Assembly (NCBI GenBank): GCA_963663385.2
Contig: CAXXXD010000002.1
Span: 1,088,001-1,152,000, forward strand
DNA length: 64,000 nucleotides
Direction: 5' to 3'
Origin: Oceanispirochaeta sp.
GTDB lineage: Bacteria > Spirochaetota > Spirochaetia > DSM-2461
The notes under the pieces are model-generated. The model had not been told where the DNA came from, searched no databases, and saw only the letters and a program-made list of their open reading frames with translations. Of the stretch, positions 57,910 to 64,000 are shown in pieces. Numbering within the stretch: position 1 is the first letter of the stretch; each line of letters begins with the position of its first letter. Both the position numbers and the translations under genes were made by a program.

Positions 57910-59865
57910 GTGAAAGATTATCCCCTCCTGTCTTCAATTGATCATCCAGATTGTCTCAATAGTTTAAGCAATGAAGAATTGACAGTTCTGTCCGAAGAAA
58001 TTCGCCGCTACATTATTCAGACTGTCAGCCGGAACGGCGGTCACCTGGCATCCAATCTGGGTGTGGTTGAGCTGACAATTGCCATGCATAAGGTATTTTC
58101 CTCCCCGCGTGACAAGTTTATATGGGACGTGGGCCATCAGTGTTATACCCATAAACTCCTGACAGGCCGTACGGCCGAGTTTAACTCGCTCCGGCAGAAA
58201 GACGGGATGAGCGGTTTTCCCAAAAGGGAGGAGAGTGCGCATGATCAGTTTAATACCGGACACTCTTCCACTTCCATATCGGCCGGATTAGGCCTCCTGG
58301 CCGGTGAAAGGCTTCTGGAGAAGCAGGGGAAGGTCCTCTGTGTGATCGGTGACGGAGCATTGACGGGAGGTCAGGCTCTGGAGGCTTTAAACTACGGAGG
58401 ACATTTTAAAAAGGATCTTATTGTCATCCTCAATGACAATGAAATGTCAATCAGCCCCAATGTTGGGGCCATCTCCTCTTATTTAAGCCGTCTGGCTTCT
58501 ACCGGCCGGTACCGCCGGATCAGACGCATGATAGACCGGACCATTCTGTTTATCCCGTTTCTCGGAAAAATTCTCCTTCGCTGGGTATACAGACTGAAGA
58601 GGGGCGTGAAGGGAACATTCTACAGAGAGAACCTCTTTACCGACATGGGGTATAAATATGTCGGTCCCATCGATGGTCATAATATCAGGAAGCTGACTGA
58701 AGTTCTGGAGAATGTCAAAACCATAGATGATCAGCCTGTTGTCGTTCATGTACTGACCACAAAAGGAAAGGGTTACTCCCATGCCGAAGGAGATCCTTCA
58801 TCCTATCATGGAGTGGGACCGTTTACGGTGGAGACGGGTAAAGTTGATCCCTCACTGAAGGCCCACCCTGAGTGTCTGACTATGACTCAGGCATTCAGTA
58901 AGTCTGTGCTCAGCCTGGCCGACCGGGATCCGGGGATAACAGCTGTTACAGCGGCCATGTCCTCCGGGACGGGACTTAATCCCTTCCGGGAGAAGTATCC
59001 CGACCGTTTCTTTGATGTGGGGATTGCCGAACAGCATGCCGTAACATTTTCAGCCGGTTTGGCCGCATCCGGAATGAAGCCCGTATGCGCTATCTATTCG
59101 ACATTCATGCAGCGTTCGGTCGATCAGGTCATTCATGATGTTGCCCTTCCCGGACTTCCGGTTGTTATCTGTATGGATCGCAGCGGGCTTGTCGGCGACG
59201 ACGGTGAGACACATCAGGGCATTTTTGACATTTCCATTTTCAAAAGCGTTCCCAATCTGGATTTTCTGGCTCCCGTCAGTGAAAGGGAGATGGATTTGCT
59301 TTTGAACTGGGCCATAGAAAGGAAACGGCCTGTAATGCTGCGTTATTCCAAGGATTACTGCGTTCCTGACGAAATGCTTCCGGATGAGCCTGTAAAAACC
59401 GGACGGGGTGTTATGGTGCGAAAACAGGAAGGAGCAACCGTTCTTTTCCTCTCTCTGGGGGGCCTGCTGAAAGAGGTGGCAGAAGCCGCGGATATTATTT
59501 CTGAAAAAGGACTGAAAGCGGATATCCACTACCTCCGTTTTATCCGTCCTCTGGATTACGACTTTCTGATCGCCCTGATGGAATCCTATGAAATTGTGGT
59601 CTTTGCAGAAGAGGGAATCCAATCCGGCGGCCTTGGAGAAGAACTGTCCGCCGTCCTGAAGGACAGAAAATCAGATACCCTGTACAGCCATTACGGGGTT
59701 CCATCGGAGTTCCTGTCTCAGGCTACCCGCTCCGAATTGATTAAAATCTGCGGACTTGATGCCCAGTCACTGGCCGGCAAGGTTGATCTTATACAGCAGG
59801 ATCTGCGCTTCAGCAGAGTTGTGGATATGGTTAAGAATGATAAATGGAAGGCCCATAATATTTAA
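57910..59865 (+). CDS. dxs: 1-deoxy-D-xylulose-5-phosphate synthase
   Basis: GGHLASNLGVVELT, WDVGHQ, GHSSTSIS, IGDGALTGG, LNDNEMSI, DVGIAEQH and DGETHQG. Confidence 0.96.
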   Translation: MKDYPLLSSIDHPDCLNSLSNEELTVLSEEIRRYIIQTVSRNGGHLASNLGVVELTIAMHKVFSSPRDKFIWDVGHQCYTHKLLTGRTAEFNSLRQKDGMSGFPKREESAHDQFNTGHSSTSISAGLGLLAGERLLEKQGKVLCVIGDGALTGGQALEALNYGGHFKKDLIVILNDNEMSISPNVGAISSYLSRLASTGRYRRIRRMIDRTILFIPFLGKILLRWVYRLKRGVKGTFYRENLFTDMGYKYVGPIDGHNIRKLTEVLENVKTIDDQPVVVHVLTTKGKGYSHAEGDPSSYHGVGPFTVETGKVDPSLKAHPECLTMTQAFSKSVLSLADRDPGITAVTAAMSSGTGLNPFREKYPDRFFDVGIAEQHAVTFSAGLAASGMKPVCAIYSTFMQRSVDQVIHDVALPGLPVVICMDRSGLVGDDGETHQGIFDISIFKSVPNLDFLAPVSEREMDLLLNWAIERKRPVMLRYSKDYCVPDEMLPDEPVKTGRGVMVRKQEGATVLFLSLGGLLKEVAEAADIISEKGLKADIHYLRFIRPLDYDFLIALMESYEIVVFAEEGIQSGGLGEELSAVLKDRKSDTLYSHYGVPSEFLSQATRSELIKICGLDAQSLAGKVDLIQQDLRFSRVVDMVKNDKWKAHNI

Positions 59866-59877
59866 TACCGTTCCGGA

Positions 59878-61545
59878 TCACTTCCTGCGAAAAACGGCAG
59901 CATAAACCTGCCGGTCACGGGTATTTCCCATATCAAAGTCGTCAAAGTCTTTAATCAGTGCAGAAAGAATCTGATCCGCATCTGCAGAATCGTGATTATT
60001 CAGGACCCTGATAAGCGACTCTTTTCCGTAGATCTCTCCGTTTAACTCCTGTTCCCTTGCAATCAGGCTGCGGGATGTAACAATAAGAGAGTCCCCTTTT
60101 TCCACTTTTATCCGGAATGGCATGCCAGTTTCTCTGCTGTAGGGACGGAATCCCAAACCCTGCTGATAGGTGGCCGGGACATCCTCTGAAGAGACGGGCA
60201 CAATAGCCCCACCCGGTTTTCTGTACCAGATTATGGCATTCCCGGCTGTTGCACAGAGAGCTTCCTCTCCTGTCAGATGGATCAGGGCGGCAGACAGCGG
60301 AAAATCCGGTTTTTCATTCAACCGGCTCAGGCTGTTATTAAGCTCCTTGAATAGAGAAACAGGGGAAACCCTGTTTGCAATAAGCAGCTTCATCTGCATC
60401 AGTGCCATCTGCATGGGCAGGTAGGCATAGCGATCCTCATCGGAGCCCTCTACCATCAGCAGGGTATCGCTTTCTCCGCTTCCCGGGGAGGTTTGAAAAG
60501 ACCAGGCTGCCAGACTGGGCAGGGAGGAGCTGCTTATACTGATACAATGAGCCCCATCCCATGTTTCGGGAACTTTCAACTCATTCAGCGGGTCAACAAG
60601 GAGAGCTCTTTCTGCCGCCTTCTGGTTGAAGGAGGGAATGACAAGAGCCCTGTCCAGATTATCCTGCAGATCTTCAAGTTCCCGGACCCTCTCCTGCAAA
60701 ACCTTTTCCTGCTCTTCCGCTGCCTGCACCATCTGTTCAATCTTTTCCTGTCTCTTTCTGCTGACAGCCTGAATCATTACCAGAGTCAGCAGGGTCTGAA
60801 CCGGCAGGAGAATGGCCGGCAGGAGAAATGCCATATTGTCCAGGGTACGGAACAGGGAGGCTTCAGACCCTCTTGTCAGAAGGAGCCAAACCCCTCCTGA
60901 AATAAATGCGGCGCTGAAAAAAAGCCCTCCCCAGCCGGAGCGGTCATTTTTCCGCCGCAGGGACAGGACGCTGCACAGGGTGGAATCGACAAAAACAAAA
61001 CCGGCTGTACAGGGAACAATCCAGGGGGCGGCAGTCAGGCCGGGACGGAACCAGCCCAGGAGGGGCAGCAGGTAGGCAAGGGTAAAAACTGAAATTCTGG
61101 TATATCGGGTCCAGGGTTTTTTTCTGTGATGAAAAATACTGATGCTCCATCCTCTCAGGATCAGGTAACAGGATACAAGCAGGATTGTGTGAATTATCAG
61201 GATCAGTTGATTTCTGCCCGGAAGTCCCTTCAGAAGGTTGAGCAGGGGCGTCAGATAGACGGCTGCAGCAGCGAGTCCTGAAAATCCCAGAAAAACGGTG
61301 AATCTCTCTCTCCGGTTGGAAAGAAACAGTATAAGAGCGAGTAGGAACAGGATCATGCCGGATAGAGCGGAGAAGTGGTAAAGATAAGCCGTGGTTGAGG
61401 TTAAAACTCCAACAGAAGAGGTAGCACTTCCGCCTGTCAGGAGCTGCTGAAAATCGAGGGAATATTCTTCGGCATTCTGAATCTGGCAGCCCGAAAGGAG
61501 CGGAGTTATTATGGCTAATAGTAAATTACTTGTTTTCTTCATCAT
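59878..61545 (-). CDS. Polytopic membrane protein with a degenerate SpoIIE/PP2C-like domain
   Basis: Lipobox-like LSGC, about 7 TM, coiled coil, and PP2C-like C-terminus (ATAGN, GLG, GDSLIVTSRSL, NGEIYGKESL). Confidence 0.65.
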   Translation of the reverse strand: MMKKTSNLLLAIITPLLSGCQIQNAEEYSLDFQQLLTGGSATSSVGVLTSTTAYLYHFSALSGMILFLLALILFLSNRRERFTVFLGFSGLAAAAVYLTPLLNLLKGLPGRNQLILIIHTILLVSCYLILRGWSISIFHHRKKPWTRYTRISVFTLAYLLPLLGWFRPGLTAAPWIVPCTAGFVFVDSTLCSVLSLRRKNDRSGWGGLFFSAAFISGGVWLLLTRGSEASLFRTLDNMAFLLPAILLPVQTLLTLVMIQAVSRKRQEKIEQMVQAAEEQEKVLQERVRELEDLQDNLDRALVIPSFNQKAAERALLVDPLNELKVPETWDGAHCISISSSSLPSLAAWSFQTSPGSGESDTLLMVEGSDEDRYAYLPMQMALMQMKLLIANRVSPVSLFKELNNSLSRLNEKPDFPLSAALIHLTGEEALCATAGNAIIWYRKPGGAIVPVSSEDVPATYQQGLGFRPYSRETGMPFRIKVEKGDSLIVTSRSLIAREQELNGEIYGKESLIRVLNNHDSADADQILSALIKDFDDFDMGNTRDRQVYAAVFRRK

Positions 61546-61820
61546 TTTATTGATATTGCTTCCTGGGATCTTTATTGTTTATATCGACATTTATATATAA
61601 AAAATATATACTAAAAAGAACGTGTGTCCTGAAAATCGGAAATATAGTGGATACATTTACTCAGAGGGAAACAAAGATCATTCCCCGCGGTTTGCGATAA
61701 TATTAGAATATACTGGTATATCCTGACAATAATTACTATTTTGGATATTACTGAGTGAATTGATTGATAATCCTTACCGGACAAATAACTATATAACAGA
61801 AATGTGAGAAAAATACTGAA

Positions 61821-63626
61821 ATGAAGTTTACTGATTTTGAATTTAATGAAGATATCCTGAAGGGTATCAATGAGGCAGGTTTTGTAGACTGTATGCCCGT
61901 ACAGGCGGAAACCTTCCAGACAATGAAACAAAACCGGGATGTATTTGCCCAGTCTCAGACTGGTACCGGAAAAACAGCGGCTTTTCTTATTTCCATCTAT
62001 CAGCTGCTGACGGATGATAAACACTTTAAAGGGAAAAAAGCCCTTATCATTGTTCCCACAAGGGAACTGGCCGTACAAATTGAAGCTGAAGCCAATATCC
62101 TGGGAAAATACCTTGATTTCCGTGTGGGTAGTTTTTATGGTGGTGTTGGATATAATCAGCAGGAAGATCTCCTGGAACAGGGAGTTGATATTCTGATCGG
62201 AACCCCCGGCAGACTGATTGACTTCAGCAAATCCGGTAAAATCCGGTTTAATGAAATGGGCATCCTTGTAATCGACGAAGCGGACCGTCTCTTCGATATG
62301 GGATTCCTTCCCGATTTGAGAATTATGCTGAAGCAGATGGTTCCTGCAGACGAACGGAGAACCATGCTGTTCAGTGCAACCCTGAATGCCAAAGTCGGTA
62401 ATATGGCCTGGGAGTATATGAATAACCCGGGAGAAATTGTTATCGAGCCCGAACAGGTTACGGTAGAAGCCATAAAACAGGAGCTGTTCCATGTCGGAGC
62501 TGATGAAAAGATGAAAGTCCTTCTGGGCCTTCTGGAAAGGGAAAAACCTGAAACTGCCATCATTTTTGCCAATACCAAACACACTTCCTATGAAGTGGCT
62601 AAACGGCTGGAGCATAACGGTTATCCCGCCCGCTGTCTGATGGGCGATCTTCCCCAGAAAAAGCGGCTCAAGATTGTGGAGGACACAAAAGAAGGGAAAA
62701 TCCGATTCCTTGTCGCCACTGATGTAGCGGCCAGAGGTCTCCATATCAACGACCTCTCCATGGTCGTAAACTATGATGTGCCGTCAGATGCGGAAAGCTA
62801 TGTCCACCGGATCGGACGGACCGCAAGGGCGGGAAAGAGCGGCAAGGCTTATACTCTGGCTTGTGAGAAATTTGTATACGGCCTGCCCTCCATAGAGAAA
62901 CTGATCGGTCAGAAGATTCCCGTATCCTGGGTGGATGAGGACCTTATGGTGGAAGACAAGAGTGCCGGGATCCGCTTCCATTTTGATAAGCGGGCCGGAT
63001 CGCCCCGGGATGGTTCTACCGGCCGCGGTTCTTCCCGGACCAGACAGAACAGCCGGAAATACAACGGGAACAAACGGCCTCTGGATGCCAGAGCGGCCAG
63101 AGTCCAGTCGGAAATTATGGCCGTATCCGGTTCGATTGACACTATCGATTCCGATTTTCAGAAACCCGGGAACAGTTCCGGCAGCAAGAGCAGAAAACGG
63201 AAGAATTACAGGAATCAGCGGTCTACGGATAACAGGTCCCGAAACAGAAGCGACTATAAAGCTCCCGCCAGCCAGCCCATGGAGAGGGTCAGCAGCCAGA
63301 ATTCCATGGAAGACCGCCTGGCCTACTACAAGGCAAAATACGGAGAAGATTTCACAGCCGACGGTCTCTCCTCAAAAGGTTCCGGTTCAAGAGGGAATAA
63401 ATCCGGAGGAAAGGGATCCGGGAACAGAAACGCCGGCAGGAACGGTAAAAGGCCGGCTCAGAAGAGCGGCAATCGTTCCCGGGGTGGCAAACAGGGTACA
63501 CCCGGAAGGTCTCAGAACAATAAAAACGGGCAGAATGCCGCAGCCAAAGCAGCACCGGTCAGGAAGCCTGCTGAACAGACGGTCAAGAAGAAAGGATTGT
63601 TTGCCCGCCTGTTCGGTAAGAAATAA
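61821..63626 (+). CDS. DEAD-box RNA helicase (RhlB-like) with a long disordered C-tail
   Basis: SQTGTGKT, PTRELA, GTPGRL, DEAD, FSAT, TDVAARGL and YVHRIGRTAR. Confidence 0.95.
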   Translation: MKFTDFEFNEDILKGINEAGFVDCMPVQAETFQTMKQNRDVFAQSQTGTGKTAAFLISIYQLLTDDKHFKGKKALIIVPTRELAVQIEAEANILGKYLDFRVGSFYGGVGYNQQEDLLEQGVDILIGTPGRLIDFSKSGKIRFNEMGILVIDEADRLFDMGFLPDLRIMLKQMVPADERRTMLFSATLNAKVGNMAWEYMNNPGEIVIEPEQVTVEAIKQELFHVGADEKMKVLLGLLEREKPETAIIFANTKHTSYEVAKRLEHNGYPARCLMGDLPQKKRLKIVEDTKEGKIRFLVATDVAARGLHINDLSMVVNYDVPSDAESYVHRIGRTARAGKSGKAYTLACEKFVYGLPSIEKLIGQKIPVSWVDEDLMVEDKSAGIRFHFDKRAGSPRDGSTGRGSSRTRQNSRKYNGNKRPLDARAARVQSEIMAVSGSIDTIDSDFQKPGNSSGSKSRKRKNYRNQRSTDNRSRNRSDYKAPASQPMERVSSQNSMEDRLAYYKAKYGEDFTADGLSSKGSGSRGNKSGGKGSGNRNAGRNGKRPAQKSGNRSRGGKQGTPGRSQNNKNGQNAAAKAAPVRKPAEQTVKKKGLFARLFGKK

Positions 63627-63733
63627 CTGCAGGATCACCATCTATCGGATTATAGCGGATTGGTGTGGAGGCCGGTTTTAACCGGTCTGTACTGCAAGCC
63701 CGTACTATTATGCGGTATGGATGAAATGTATTT

Positions 63734-63763
63734 AAAAGATCGGCTTTATGCCGGTCTTTTTTT
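63734..63763. terminator. Bidirectional intrinsic terminator
   Basis: AAAAGATCGGC-TTTAT-GCCGGTCTTTTTTT between convergent genes. Confidence 0.7.
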
Positions 63764-63764
63764 G

Positions 63765-64000
63765 TCAGGGAAGTCTTGCGAAGGTACCCATGCGGCCGGT
63801 TTCCGGGCCGTCTCCCCGCCAGGAGAAAAAATCCGGGTGACAGCAGGTACACAGCCCTGCTTTTTCCACATGCTCTGCCTTGACACCGGCCTGAATCAGC
63901 TGTCCCTCTACGGCATCTTCCAGGCTGAAGCGCCAGTGATCGGTGCCGTCGGGTTCGAATGCTTTTTCTGTTTCGGGCCAGGACTCGGTTATCCCCCTGA
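63765..64000 (-). CDS. pgeF: PgeF/YfiH-family protein, C-terminal part (runs off window end)
   Basis: Hand translation ...QLIQAGVKAEHVEKAGLCTCCHPDFFSWRGDGPETGRMGTFARLP* matches the CT.C...FFS.R...GRM motif. Not in the ORF track. Confidence 0.8.
   Translation of the reverse strand, partial: RGITESWPETEKAFEPDGTDHWRFSLEDAVEGQLIQAGVKAEHVEKAGLCTCCHPDFFSWRGDGPETGRMGTFARLP

Noticed and set aside
61611..62744. 377-aa - strand ORF (and the 248-aa alternative-frame ORF 62935-63681)
   Set aside because: Both overlap the DEAD-box helicase, and their composition is explained by the real gene.
63627..63733. Several hairpins downstream of the helicase as a possible ncRNA
   Set aside because: No recognisable family motif or promoter; cannot be distinguished from 3' UTR structure without covariation data.

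Overview
This is a gene-dense bacterial chromosomal window, most likely from a free-living anaerobic spirochaete (Spirochaetaceae-like). That call is an inference from the LFAGGQQE-type signal peptide, rpoZ-miaA adjacency, the ODP/MCP pair and spirochaete-style hypothetical proteins. It holds about 55 CDS. Housekeeping genes include lipA (3' part), slyD, ilvD, purU, murD, miaA, rpoZ, dxs, a DEAD-box helicase and pgeF (3' part). Other loci are a sigma54 psp locus, an O2/NO-stress neighbourhood (ODP + soluble MCP, HcpR-like Crp/Fnr, hcp), a macro-NFACT-MEMO-AMMECR1 operon, an OrpR-like sigma54 locus, a TetR-MMPL-LolA-like-OM protein operon, three c-di-GMP enzymes, and a two-component + sugar ABC + MggS-like glycosyltransferase locus. 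The main finding is an apparently complete IS110-family element (about 14398-15783) inserted into the AGGAG Shine-Dalgarno of a host gene. Its upstream non-coding region has two near-identical hairpin modules carrying the target flank (TACAGGAG) and the donor end (ATAGGAG), so it reads as a bridge/seek RNA that appears to be programmed against ribosome-binding sites. Further findings: a small palindromic element inserted in frame in the NFACT gene and also nested inside a REP; a REP family overlapping stop codons; a divergent SDR/AraC pair fused by deletion; and a 29-aa basic small protein missed by the ORF track. No rRNA, tRNA or CRISPR array was seen.
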